From a virus, in IMG/VR virus record IMGVR_UViG_3300029497_000003: a DNA stretch of 59,081 nt, one strand, 5' to 3'. Both the position numbers and the translations under genes were made by a program. Positions within the stretch are counted from its first letter, which is position 1; each line of letters opens with the position of its first letter. Shown here in pieces: positions 18,959 through 28,753 of this stretch. Under the pieces are notes generated by a model that was not told the origin of the DNA, did not search any database, and was given only the letters and a program-made list of their open reading frames with translations.

Positions 18959-19795
18959 TTAGTAGATTATAGTAAGAATATCCCCACCAACGCTTGCTGT
19001 GTTAGTAATTTTTAGATTTCCAGTATTAGCTAGTTCAATACTAACTTTTGAATTTTCTTTAAGAGCGTGAATAAACATTCTATCTTTAGTTTCTCTTCGC
19101 ACTACATAAGCCCCCATATCAAATGCTGTTTCATATATTAAAAGCATTGTTCTTAATGGTATATATATTGTTTCATTTGTATTTATAAAATATTTATTTA
19201 TTTTATTTTCCAACAAAGCAACATCTGCATTAAGCCGTCCTGTATCGCCTGTATAAGGAACGAAATCATCATAGGTGGCATTAAGGTTTGTGGTAATCAT
19301 TGGTTTGAATACTAGATTATTAACTGTTACACCACTTCCAACAAAAAACATAATTTTGCCATTAGTTAAATCACTAGCATTAAATATAGCACCCTCACCA
19401 TTTTCATTAATAAAGCCCGAAGTACTATCAGCATATATATTATATGTTTTTGAACTTCCTCCAGATGGTGTACCAATAAGTTTATATTTTTTATTATCTC
19501 GTTTTTTAAATATAGCTAAGGCTAATATAAAAGCACTTGTAGCCTTACCATTTAACGTATAAGTACCATCACCATTATTGGTGCAAGTAATACCATTCTT
19601 AGAGGAAGTTTCAAGTGTTGGATTTAATAAATTAGTGCAAATATTATTAGTTATATTGTTGTTGCTTAGCTCACTTATCATACTATTGTTATTCTTAATG
19701 CCGTCTTCCATATGATTAAGTCTGTCTGGACTTAATGGAGTACCGCCACTAGTGCCAGCTTTCCACACTTGCTTTACATATTGAATAAAATTCAT
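18959..19795 (-). CDS. putative receptor-binding / tail fibre protein
   Basis: N-terminus W.AGTSGGTPLSPDRLNHMEDGI is typical of Firmicutes phage fibre proteins. The gene is bracketed by terminators. Confidence 0.5.
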   Translation of the reverse strand: MNFIQYVKQVWKAGTSGGTPLSPDRLNHMEDGIKNNNSMISELSNNNITNNICTNLLNPTLETSSKNGITCTNNGDGTYTLNGKATSAFILALAIFKKRDNKKYKLIGTPSGGSSKTYNIYADSTSGFINENGEGAIFNASDLTNGKIMFFVGSGVTVNNLVFKPMITTNLNATYDDFVPYTGDTGRLNADVALLENKINKYFINTNETIYIPLRTMLLIYETAFDMGAYVVRRETKDRMFIHALKENSKVSIELANTGNLKITNTASVGGDILTIIY

Positions 19796-19821
19796 AGTAA
19801 AACCTCACTTTCTAAGCACAC

Positions 19822-19856
19822 AAAAAGGACACCTCACAATTAAGTGAAATGTCCTT
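19822..19856 (-). terminator. intrinsic terminator closing the two-gene membrane-protein unit
   Basis: Minus strand: aaggaca...tgtcctt followed by tttttg. Confidence 0.7.
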
Positions 19857-19954
19857 GTCATTTTGCTATTTATTTGTTATTATTGGTATGAGTTAATTTA
19901 CATCCACTCATACGTGCTAATCAGAACAGGTCTACCCAACTTGTTCTGATTTTT

Positions 19955-20584
19955 TTATTCTACTTTTAATGTCAGCTTCATAAGTTTCTTACTTGAACCC
20001 CAAGGTGTTACTTCTAAATCAATATCACTCTTATCTTCTAGTATGTATATCCTTGCAACTGTAATGTTCGCACCTGTCTGCAACTCTCTTGCCGCATTGT
20101 TATATTCATCAACATCAAAACTAGCTAATGGATAGTCAAGTTCCTTGCCATTCTGAAAGCAAGTAACATTATAGTTGTAAATAAATGCTTCGTTGTCTTT
20201 TGAGTTATTTGTAAAGTCAAAATAAACAACAACAACTTCTCTATCATTGCTATCTGTAATTACTTCGTGTTTGAGGTATTTAAGCGTTGTATCATTATTC
20301 GTTGCTGTGTCTGTATCTTGCTGTGTTGTACTAGCTTGTTTTGTAGCATTAGCATTGTTACTGCTGTTACTGCTTCCGTTGCTAAAAGCGACTATCAGAA
20401 ATAGTACAAATGATACTATTGCAAAGTAAGAGCCTAAGTGTCTTTGTGACTTGTCGCCTTTACTTTTAATTAAATCCACAATAGCCAATATAAAGCCTAT
20501 TGGGATTGTGAATATAAATAGTGCTGTTACTGCCGCCGCTATGCTTAGTTTACTGTCTTTTTTCTTTGTTTTCTTTTCTGCCAT
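19955..20584 (-). CDS. membrane-anchored extracellular protein (DUF5067/DUF4352-like beta domain)
   Basis: N-terminal KK-rich stretch plus TM helices, S/N/T linker, then VVVVYFDFTNNSK...ITVARIYILED. Confidence 0.55.
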   Translation of the reverse strand: MAEKKTKKKDSKLSIAAAVTALFIFTIPIGFILAIVDLIKSKGDKSQRHLGSYFAIVSFVLFLIVAFSNGSSNSSNNANATKQASTTQQDTDTATNNDTTLKYLKHEVITDSNDREVVVVYFDFTNNSKDNEAFIYNYNVTCFQNGKELDYPLASFDVDEYNNAARELQTGANITVARIYILEDKSDIDLEVTPWGSSKKLMKLTLKVE

Positions 20585-20604
20585 AATGCGTTACCCCTTT
20601 ACTT

Positions 20605-21285
20605 TTATTGTTCTATTTTGCAGTTATTAAGTATTAAAAATTGACCTTTTCCAACTGTGCAATACGTCTGATTGTCAAAGTTATCATTGCTTACAATGTG
20701 ACTTTGCCTTAAATCATCATAGATACAATAATATCCTCTTGATGATGTAGCTATTAGTTTGTATTCTCCTGGTTCTATGTCAATTCCAACCTCTAACATA
20801 CAATTATCAAGAGTAGTTTTAGTTGTGTAATACTGTCTGAATTCTAAAAGAGGTATCGCATTGCACTTGTTTAGTTCAAGATATTCTCCGTCTTCTACGC
20901 TTATCAACATATTGCCTTTGAAGTTTTCATTAAACTTTATTTTAGCTTTATTACTGTCTGCATATACGCCAAAATAAGCCAAACCTTTGCTTGTTAATGA
21001 TTGCAAATAGTAATCGCCGTTCGGAATATCTTTACCTACTTTGTAAGTGCCTGCCTTATATTTTGTCAGTTTATCATATGTATCTTGTGTTGTCTTTTGT
21101 ATTGTAGCTGCTGTGGTCTTTTCAGTAGCTTTTTGTGTTGTAGTTGTGGGTTGTGTATTTGCTATTGTTTTATTATCGCTTTCAGTTATATTATTAATAA
21201 TAAATAACGCTGTAACAAATACTATCCCTGCCAATACTGCAATCACTATCTCCTGCGGCTTCTTTTTGTTATCTTTTTTATCCAT
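20605..21285 (-). CDS. membrane-anchored extracellular protein with duplicated G.YKVG.DI.PGEY domain
   Basis: N-terminal TM (IVIAVLAGIVFVTALFII), T/Q-rich linker, two GxY..G.DIxxGxY repeats. Confidence 0.55.
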   Translation of the reverse strand: MDKKDNKKKPQEIVIAVLAGIVFVTALFIINNITESDNKTIANTQPTTTTQKATEKTTAATIQKTTQDTYDKLTKYKAGTYKVGKDIPNGDYYLQSLTSKGLAYFGVYADSNKAKIKFNENFKGNMLISVEDGEYLELNKCNAIPLLEFRQYYTTKTTLDNCMLEVGIDIEPGEYKLIATSSRGYYCIYDDLRQSHIVSNDNFDNQTYCTVGKGQFLILNNCKIEQ

Positions 21286-21347
21286 TGTAATACACCCCTT
21301 TGCTTTTATAGTACTTAAAGTGTATCACAACGGATTGGATTATTCAA

Positions 21348-23540
21348 TTAAATGTTAAATGCTGGCTGTCCTGTCATATTAGTATAGTTATTAGCTTTAT
21401 CCTGCACCATTGTAAACAATTTATCAGCATCACCTTGTAATGTTATGTTTACATTGTTGTTAGCTTCTGACATAGCCGCTACAACCGCATTGTAAACCGC
21501 CGGATAAACTGCATTAGCAATACCTGTTGTAATTTCTTGTTGATTGGCTACCGCTGTTCTTCCGTCCATAGTACCAACCATTTCGGGCATAACTTCATTT
21601 GCAACGAATAACTGTCCTTTTCTTGGAAAACCACCATTTGCATAAAAATCAACATTAATATGAGGCACTTCTGGAGGCATAAGATTAAATTCGCCCTCAA
21701 TGCTAAAATGTGGCATTTTAATATGAGGAAATCTAAGCGACAAGTCACTCCACCAGTCCTCTAGGTTATGCCATAATTCTCGTATATAACTAAAGAAATC
21801 TTCTATTGCAACTGATATTCTGTGAAGTTCTGGCTTGCTGTCCCACCAATCAAGTACGCTATACCATTCATTTTTAAGCCCTTGCATTATTCCGCTTGCC
21901 ATATCGTTCCATCTGTCTGCTGTAAAGTAAGGCGCTACGTGGTTATTCCACCAATTACCTATAGCTGTTCCGCCCCACCAATTAGAAAAGCTATTCCAAC
22001 TGTTAGATAAGCTATCCTTAATATTTTCACCTAAGTTGCCCCATCTTTCTTTAGTAAAATATGGCAAGACATTATCATTCCACCAATTATATATTCCTGT
22101 GCCGCTCCACCAATTATTGAACGAAGTCCAACTATCAGTTAAGCTACCTTTTGCGTTATCTCCAAGAGATTGCCATTTTGCTTTTGTAAAATAAGGTGCT
22201 ACGCTATTGTTCCACCATCCTACGATAGCTGTATTGCCCCACCAATTAGAAAAACTATTCCAAGCATTGCTTAATGAGGTTTTAGCATTGTCGCCTAATT
22301 CTCCCCATTTTGCCTTAGTAAACCAAGGTGCAACACTTGTAGTCCACCAATTTGCTATATCATCTTTGTGTCCGAATGTGATTGTTTCTATCACTCCGTC
22401 AATAAAGCTAGGTAAATCTTCAAATGGTGCTTTTATAAGATATGCTAATTGGTCGAACATTGACATATCTATTTTCTCGCCTGTTAATTTTTCATTGAGC
22501 CAATTGCCTAAATTAAATCCAGCAATAGCAGCTACTATTCCACCTACTATTCCAGCACCTATAGTTAAGCCTATTTCTGTTGCTGTTCCTGCTCCTATAA
22601 TAGTGCCTATATCTGTTGTAAGTAATCCACCTATTCCTGATATTATACTGCCTGTTCCGAATGATTTTAAAGCACCTTTAATACTTGTTCCTATTACTGT
22701 AACAAGTTTCTTTTTCAAAACACTTCCTAAGCCTGTAAATTTCAATGCCGCTATAGCTGTTATTAAGGTCGTTTCAATTGGTGCTGCCGTAAATGAACCA
22801 CTCCATAATTCGATAGCTGCTTTAATGGCTTGCCATAACACATTACCAAGGCTTGAAAATATTTCAAGCCAATTAAGTCCATCTAAATACTCTCCTATAT
22901 CATGTCCAATTGTATACCAAGGAACATCATCTATAGCCTTTGCAAACCAATTAAAAATTCCTGCCACAAGGTTAGATGTATCTTGACCTGCCTTAAAGAA
23001 GTCACCAACTGCAAAATCTTTAAAAATCTGTTTAACAGGTTCAAGTGCTTTTTCTATTCTGTCAGCCCAAGCAACTGCCGAATTTTCCATATTGGCAAAT
23101 GCTTTATTCCAAGCTGCTTCATAATCAGCCGCCGCCTTAGCAATATCGTCTGTCAAATCAATAGTGCTACCACCGCCGCCACCGCCACTTGAACCCTTGC
23201 TTGAGCTTGTATCGTCCTGCAATTTATTTATTTCATCAAATCCCATAAGGGATAATGTAGCTTTCTTCGCTGAGTCAGCTACATCTTGGTAGCCATCTGA
23301 AATATCTTCTAAGCCGTCTGATGTGTCTTTATAGCCACTTTGTCCGAAGCTCTCAAAGTCAATCTTAACGCCCATTAAAGAAGCAAGACCAACTAATAAT
23401 CTTTTGATTGCAATAGTTACTCCGTTTACTATTGGCATAACCTTTGAAAGAATTGGGATAAATAGCTGTCCTGCTACCATTCCTACCTCTTTCATATTGT
23501 TACTGAACTGACGTAACATATTACTTGGGGAGTTGATTGT
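21348..23540 (-). CDS. tail tape measure protein, 3' exon
   Basis: Begins TINSPSNMLRQFSNNMKEVG with no RBS upstream. Gly-rich TM-like core; four W-rich roughly 44-aa repeats. Confidence 0.75.
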   Translation of the reverse strand, partial: TINSPSNMLRQFSNNMKEVGMVAGQLFIPILSKVMPIVNGVTIAIKRLLVGLASLMGVKIDFESFGQSGYKDTSDGLEDISDGYQDVADSAKKATLSLMGFDEINKLQDDTSSSKGSSGGGGGGSTIDLTDDIAKAAADYEAAWNKAFANMENSAVAWADRIEKALEPVKQIFKDFAVGDFFKAGQDTSNLVAGIFNWFAKAIDDVPWYTIGHDIGEYLDGLNWLEIFSSLGNVLWQAIKAAIELWSGSFTAAPIETTLITAIAALKFTGLGSVLKKKLVTVIGTSIKGALKSFGTGSIISGIGGLLTTDIGTIIGAGTATEIGLTIGAGIVGGIVAAIAGFNLGNWLNEKLTGEKIDMSMFDQLAYLIKAPFEDLPSFIDGVIETITFGHKDDIANWWTTSVAPWFTKAKWGELGDNAKTSLSNAWNSFSNWWGNTAIVGWWNNSVAPYFTKAKWQSLGDNAKGSLTDSWTSFNNWWSGTGIYNWWNDNVLPYFTKERWGNLGENIKDSLSNSWNSFSNWWGGTAIGNWWNNHVAPYFTADRWNDMASGIMQGLKNEWYSVLDWWDSKPELHRISVAIEDFFSYIRELWHNLEDWWSDLSLRFPHIKMPHFSIEGEFNLMPPEVPHINVDFYANGGFPRKGQLFVANEVMPEMVGTMDGRTAVANQQEITTGIANAVYPAVYNAVVAAMSEANNNVNITLQGDADKLFTMVQDKANNYTNMTGQPAFNI

Positions 23541-23880
23541 CAAATTTGTTATCGTATAGGCTCTTTATCCTATACTTCTTATAGTTTCCTATAAGTTCAG
23601 AGTACATTATCACCCACGTTTTTACGTTTGGTTTGGTGGTAGCCACTTCCACCTCATACTGCCCTATATGCAGTAGTGTCGGACACTCTTGGGAATATTA
23701 TATTTATTCAATTCCTACTCGTTACAATACTTAATAGCCTGTTCGTAATCTATTAAGTTATCTCGGTATTGGCATAGCTTATAGCCTTAGCCTTCACCGA
23801 TTTTGCCCGATTGTCATAAGATGTTTCCATTCTTATGCAACACTTGGAAGATAAGTTATGTCATTAACTTTCTTCCGTCT
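23541..23880 (-). ncRNA. putative self-splicing group I-like intron interrupting the tape measure gene
   Basis: 340 nt with stops in all frames. Upstream exon ends in U, insert ends in G. At least 9 stable hairpins, including cuuauag-GAAA-cuauaag. Confidence 0.6.
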
Positions 23881-25152
23881 ATTAGCTAAATCACCCCAAG
23901 ATACTTTACTTTGGTCTAATATTGCCAACACTCTTAATTGCTGTTTTTCCATCTGTGTCATTTCTGATACAGACTTTGATATCCCTAAGTTGTAAGCATA
24001 TGTCGCTAATGTAGCATTAGTAATATCAATACCATACTTATACAATGCCCTTGATTGACCGATTAAGCCGCTTTGCAAGTTCTGTGCTACCGTTGAATAG
24101 TCCACATTAAAAAGTGAGCTTATATCGCCTGCAAGCATTGTCATTGACTTTGTTATAGCCGTTGTTGCTTCGCCTGTCTGCCCTAATGAGTTAGTGACAG
24201 AAGCTAACTGCGAAGCGTACTGCGTTATCTCTTGTATGTTAAGTCCTAAGTTCTTTGCTCCGCTTTCTTCAAGCAAGCCGCCTTGAACATTAACTTTTAA
24301 GCCAGATAACTTTCCGAGAGTATCATTTACTCTACTTTGAAAACTTTCTGCATATGCTGTTGCGTTATCATATCCGTACTTTTCATAGTCTTTATCCCAT
24401 TCTGAACCAATCTTACCAAACGCAACCGCTTGATAGTTGAACGCTTCAATGTAATCTGTTGTTGACTTGATGGCTTCTATAAGTTTCTTACTGCCACGAA
24501 TTACCATAAAATAAGTGGCATAAAACTTACCTATCGCACTTGCTAAGTTCCAACTGCTTTTAGTTGCTGTCCTAGCACTTGTAGAAACGCCATACAGCGA
24601 CTTTTGAAGTGAGTTTGAAGAAGTACCCACCTTGCTACCTTGACTAGCAAGATTAGCCAATGCGTTAGTCATTTGAATGACATTTTGACTTACTGTTGGC
24701 GCTCTTGATAGCGTTGTCATTAAGCCATTTAAAGCATTACCTAGCTTTGGAATGTTTACAACGGCGTTTTCTATGCTCTTACTGCCTAGCTTGCCAAGTG
24801 ACTTTGCAAATTCTGTGACCTGTGTTGCATTTTGCGGAATAGCTGATATGCTTGCAACTGCCTTTGTGACAGCTTGAAGTGATGTAGCTGTGCTAGTTAG
24901 TGCAACCGAATCAACAGAACCTATCTTTGTGATGTTCTTAGCAAGTCTTGTAAAATCTGTTGTCTTTACATCCATTCCTTTCATAGCAATACTAAGTTGT
25001 CCTAAAGAACTTGAAAAGCTGGATAAGGAAGTTCCGTTAATATTAGCTAATGAACTCGCTAATTTTTGTAGCGATGTTATTAAACTTTCTACAGAATCTA
25101 TAGCCGTTTTAGATGTGCCTTTAATTTTGACTTCTAAACTGTCTAATTCCAC
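23881..25152 (-). CDS. tail tape measure protein, 5' exon
   Basis: GTG start after a GGGGGGG RBS. Helical A/S/T-rich. Ends ...QSKVSWGDLAN, which joins TINSPSNMLR to recreate the conserved GD(F/L)A.T..S..N..R motif. Confidence 0.75.
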
Positions 25153-25166
25153 GCTTTAACCCCCCC

Positions 25167-25463
25167 TTATAGGATTGTTGGCGGTAGTCCTCTCTTTTCA
25201 GTCTGTGCCGCCCATTTTTGCTCATTGAGTAACATCAGCTGTAACTCTTTGTCGTATGTATTTTCTTTACTTTCTTCTGTTTTTTCTGATAAAATAGCCT
25301 GTTTAGGATATTCAATGTGTGCATCTTTATTAAATGCCGCACCTATTCCGCAAGAAATAGCTGGAATTGCGTAAACTAAAAACCAGTTATACATTTCTGA
25401 ATCGCGATTTTGTCTATCAATCTTTTTGCCTTTTGCGTATAGTAATAATTTTTTAGGTGTCAT
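25167..25463 (-). CDS. tail assembly chaperone, frameshift extension (T part of G/GT)
   Basis: The -1 frame stays open from inside the 3' end of ORF 25526-26014 through this ORF. Confidence 0.55.
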   Translation of the reverse strand: MTPKKLLLYAKGKKIDRQNRDSEMYNWFLVYAIPAISCGIGAAFNKDAHIEYPKQAILSEKTEESKENTYDKELQLMLLNEQKWAAQTEKRGLPPTIL

Positions 25464-25525
25464 TTTAAGGAAGTCTAAATAACTAACGCCTAGTGAACTG
25501 GCTAAAACAAAGTATTCTTCCCAGA

Positions 25526-26014
25526 TTATTTTGTGGAAGTCTGCTTTTTCTTGTGGTCTTGAGGAACTACTGTCGGTTTCTTCTGTTCCTGTGTTGCTTC
25601 TTCCACATTGTTCGCCATCTCTTCCAACACCGCTGTTATTCCGCTCAACTCGAAAAAACCATCATCTTCCATCGCTTTCTTAATTTCTTCAAACAATGTT
25701 CTATATCCGTAACTCTTATCTGTTTTTCTCTTCTCTGTGATATATGCCCTAGTGAGTTTCTTTGCTTCATCCATAGTTACAGGGTTATTGTCAATACAGC
25801 CTGCATAAATGGCTAAAATGCAAATCTCTGGTACATCTGCTGTCATATTTGCCAATCCGTCAAAAGAAGCCTGTGCAACACTTTTATCTGTCTGTGCAAG
25901 TAAGTAAGAACCATTAACGACAGAAAACATTTTCTGTACTATCTCTTTGCACTCTGCCGCACCAAAAGAGAACTCAACTTTGTATTCTTTTCCGTTTGCA
26001 TTAATATTCATCAT
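25526..26014 (-). CDS. tail assembly chaperone (G)
   Basis: Position between the major tail and tape measure genes; acidic 162 aa protein. Confidence 0.55.
   Translation of the reverse strand: MMNINANGKEYKVEFSFGAAECKEIVQKMFSVVNGSYLLAQTDKSVAQASFDGLANMTADVPEICILAIYAGCIDNNPVTMDEAKKLTRAYITEKRKTDKSYGYRTLFEEIKKAMEDDGFFELSGITAVLEEMANNVEEATQEQKKPTVVPQDHKKKQTSTK
25544..25550 (-). promoter_or_regulatory. candidate -1 programmed frameshift site (G AAA AAG)
   Basis: cac aag aaa aag cag sits five codons before the G-frame stop codon. The -1 frame continues ADFHKIIWEEYF...MTPKK. Confidence 0.45.
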
Positions 26015-26186
26015 AATTTTTACCCTTTCCCACCCTATCGTCTATATAGGGAAAGGTGCGGATTTTACACCGCACCTACCTTTTAAATTGGTTATTCTGT
26101 TACATCATCAAGATATGATGTGTAGTCGGCTGTTTTGGCGTTTGTGCCACCAATCGACACAGCCTTTGATTTAGTCGATTGGCTTA

Positions 26187-26669
26187 TCATTCCCCCACCT
26201 TTGTTACTGTGAATGTGCCACCAGTGCCTTCAACAACTTGAAGCTTGTCTGTGCATTCAATAGGCGAAGTGTTAGGAACTGCTGTTACTGTCATTTCAAG
26301 TACTGAATCAGTACCAGAAACATCATTAGGTGTTGCTGTTACCTGTCCGACAAATGCGTACTTAGCAACCGCACCTAATCCGTCAGAGCCATATAACTGA
26401 ATAATATCTAACTGCTTGCCCTCTGCCTTGATTAAGTCCTGTAAATAAGCCTTTTCAAGGTTGCCTGTGTAAGTCTTAGCATCAGATGTTTTGATACCCA
26501 TTAAGAATGTCTGTGAATCATCTTCAAATGTTGTACTTTCAACTGTGTTAGGTGCTGATACTGGTGCTGAAATTGACTTAGCCGCAACCATTAACTTATA
26601 TGAGCCTGCAAAACCATCTTCACTATGCTCCTTGTAGATAACCCTAGCTTTATAACTTGTACTTGCCAT
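26187..26669 (-). CDS. major tail protein
   Basis: 160 aa beta-rich protein in the canonical position. Confidence 0.55.
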   Translation of the reverse strand: MASTSYKARVIYKEHSEDGFAGSYKLMVAAKSISAPVSAPNTVESTTFEDDSQTFLMGIKTSDAKTYTGNLEKAYLQDLIKAEGKQLDIIQLYGSDGLGAVAKYAFVGQVTATPNDVSGTDSVLEMTVTAVPNTSPIECTDKLQVVEGTGGTFTVTKVGE

Positions 26670-26724
26670 TGCCTTGTCTACCTCCTAAAAATTTGCAAAA
26701 AAATAAGAGCATTTCTGCTCTTTG

Positions 26725-27141
26725 TTACAATAATCTATCATTTGCCGCTATCATTCTTCTGAATCTAGCGGTACTCTTATGTACTTTATTACTGATTGAG
26801 AACTCTGGCATTGCATTGCCTTGAAATCTCATTGCCTTGAATGTATCTGTAATTACTGCCATAACCTTTCGGCAGTCAGACTTGCTTGTGTTAGTGGTAA
26901 CATCTACTTGAAATGTTGCTAACAATGCGTTAATTGTCTGTCCGTCAAGTGTTTGTCCTTGTTCAACTGCTGGCAATAAATGAATGTATACTGTTGGGAA
27001 TATTGCTTGACCGCTGTTTTCCCCCTCATTGGTTATGACTATCTTTGGATATGTTTTTTTAAGCTGTGTTAGGGTTTTAGCCTTGACAAGTGCTGTGACT
27101 GTATTTTCAAGGTCTATCGCCCAATCGTTTGCATTTGCCAT
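26725..27141 (-). CDS. tail terminator / tail completion protein
   Basis: Synteny only. Confidence 0.4.
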   Translation of the reverse strand: MANANDWAIDLENTVTALVKAKTLTQLKKTYPKIVITNEGENSGQAIFPTVYIHLLPAVEQGQTLDGQTINALLATFQVDVTTNTSKSDCRKVMAVITDTFKAMRFQGNAMPEFSISNKVHKSTARFRRMIAANDRLL

Positions 27142-27683
27142 TAACTAAACACCCTCCTTGCTACCTCAACATATTTCTGTATAATTTCCATATCAGCCTT
27201 ATAAACAGGCATTTGTGCTTCTACGCCGTGTGTAAGAACTAAGGTTCCGTCATCGTCATAGTAACCCCACACTTTTTGTACGCCGTGATGTTCGCCGTAT
27301 GAGCCTATAACCATACCATTAACAACGCCTTTGTCATGTGAGCTACTTCCAGCCGCTCCATTGTAGAATACACCAGCTCCGAACTCTATAAACATAAGTT
27401 CTTTGCCCTCTACAATTAATTTTGCTTCAACATATTCTCCTGCGGATTTTATTTCAACATAACTGTGATGGCTTGTATCTGAACCGCTACGAACGCCTTT
27501 CTCATCATATGTATAACTTGCTTTTGCCATATTTTCATCAATGACAGGTATTCCAACTTCTGCAAGTTCTTTGACAAGCTGTGAAGTTTTTTTGATAAGC
27601 CAGTTCTTATACTGTTGTAGCTGTCTTATTGCCCCTTGTATTGAGCTTTCCGATAAAGATACATTAATTGTATGTTTAGCCAT
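27141..27683 (-). CDS. HK97 gp10-like head-tail joining protein
   Basis: Synteny and size. Confidence 0.4.
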   Translation of the reverse strand: MAKHTINVSLSESSIQGAIRQLQQYKNWLIKKTSQLVKELAEVGIPVIDENMAKASYTYDEKGVRSGSDTSHHSYVEIKSAGEYVEAKLIVEGKELMFIEFGAGVFYNGAAGSSSHDKGVVNGMVIGSYGEHHGVQKVWGYYDDDGTLVLTHGVEAQMPVYKADMEIIQKYVEVARRVFS

Positions 27684-27695
27684 AATTGCACCACC

Positions 27696-28028
27696 TTAAA
27701 GCAATTTTAATTCTGCAAATACTCTGAATATTTTAGGTGATTGGATAGCAAACCAATCAATTGTTGTTTCATCGTGCCCAAACTGTTCGATATGTTGCCA
27801 ATTACACTGTAAACCGCTCTCAGACATAAACGCGTGAATAATTTCGTGTCTTAGCTGTTTTTTCTGTAAATATTTGAAATCTCCAACTTTATTTTCGTTA
27901 TCCGAACGAATGACTATTAATTTTTGTGTGTTATCACAAAATCCGTCAATATCTTCGTCATTTAGTTCTTTGAACTTCACAACATATTCAGTTCCTAAAA
28001 CATCAATCTTTATATCTTCCATAGTCAC
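27696..28028 (-). CDS. small HExxH protein (putative zinc metallopeptidase fold)
   Basis: LRHEIIHAFM motif. Confidence 0.45.
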   Translation of the reverse strand: MTMEDIKIDVLGTEYVVKFKELNDEDIDGFCDNTQKLIVIRSDNENKVGDFKYLQKKQLRHEIIHAFMSESGLQCNWQHIEQFGHDETTIDWFAIQSPKIFRVFAELKLL

Positions 28029-28487
28029 CTACTTTACAACCGCTTTAAGCATATACTTAGTTGAATATAATGCCGGCTTAATGCCTACAATCGTGAAATC
28101 CGCCGATGTTTCATCAACAAGGCTGTCAGATGTGTATGTAGGCTTGCTATCAAGCCAGATAAGGTCGCCTTTTTGAACAGGCAACATATTCCTATCTGTC
28201 AGTAAAATAGCGTCAAAATCAGCGGTATCAAAGCCGTATTCTTTACTCTGCGCTTCTCCACCGCTGAATGATATGTTTGCTTTGAAATCAACCGGCTCTA
28301 AAAAACCTGTTTTTTCTTCAAGAACTTTGGGTATCTTATTTCCCTCATCATCAAGATAAGGAATGAAGTTACCCTCTGTGTCGGTATAACCCTCATAAAG
28401 GATATTGCCCTCATCATCTCTTTCATAGATAGTTACTGTCTGTCCTTGAAGTGAATACTTCATAGCCTGCTTATTAATGTCAAGCAT
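28029..28487 (-). CDS. head closure / adaptor-like protein
   Basis: Synteny only. Confidence 0.35.
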   Translation of the reverse strand: MLDINKQAMKYSLQGQTVTIYERDDEGNILYEGYTDTEGNFIPYLDDEGNKIPKVLEEKTGFLEPVDFKANISFSGGEAQSKEYGFDTADFDAILLTDRNMLPVQKGDLIWLDSKPTYTSDSLVDETSADFTIVGIKPALYSTKYMLKAVVK

Positions 28488-28749
28488 TGTTCTTTACCTG
28501 CTTATAAATCTGATTAACACCTGTGCTTGATAATCCGGACACAATTCCTACTGCGATTGCATTAAGAATATCATTTGCCGGAAAGTCAGGTATTACATAC
28601 ATACCTATAATGCCTAAGATACCGCCTGCAACGCCTACGATTATAGGAATGTAATTATCCTTAATGTGTGGGATTGCTTTGGCTCCTAAGCCTATCAGAT
28701 ATGTAATTACAACGATTGCTACAACTGTTGTTACCGATGTTATATCCAT
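28480..28749 (-). CDS. holin
   Basis: Start MDITS after an AAGGAGG RBS. Three hydrophobic segments, and a C-terminus GIVSGLSSTGVNQIYKQVKNN like Firmicutes phage holins. Confidence 0.65.
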   Translation of the reverse strand: MDITSVTTVVAIVVITYLIGLGAKAIPHIKDNYIPIIVGVAGGILGIIGMYVIPDFPANDILNAIAVGIVSGLSSTGVNQIYKQVKNNA

Positions 28750-28753
28750 TCTG

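Noticed and set aside
22207-22986. 259-aa plus-strand ORF
   Set aside because: It is antisense to the tape measure gene. Its low-complexity P/I/A composition mirrors the Gly/Ile-rich sense strand, and it has no RBS.
25160-25166. Another C7 homopolymer
   Set aside because: It is intergenic and forms the G-rich Shine-Dalgarno sequence of the tape measure gene. It causes no frame change.
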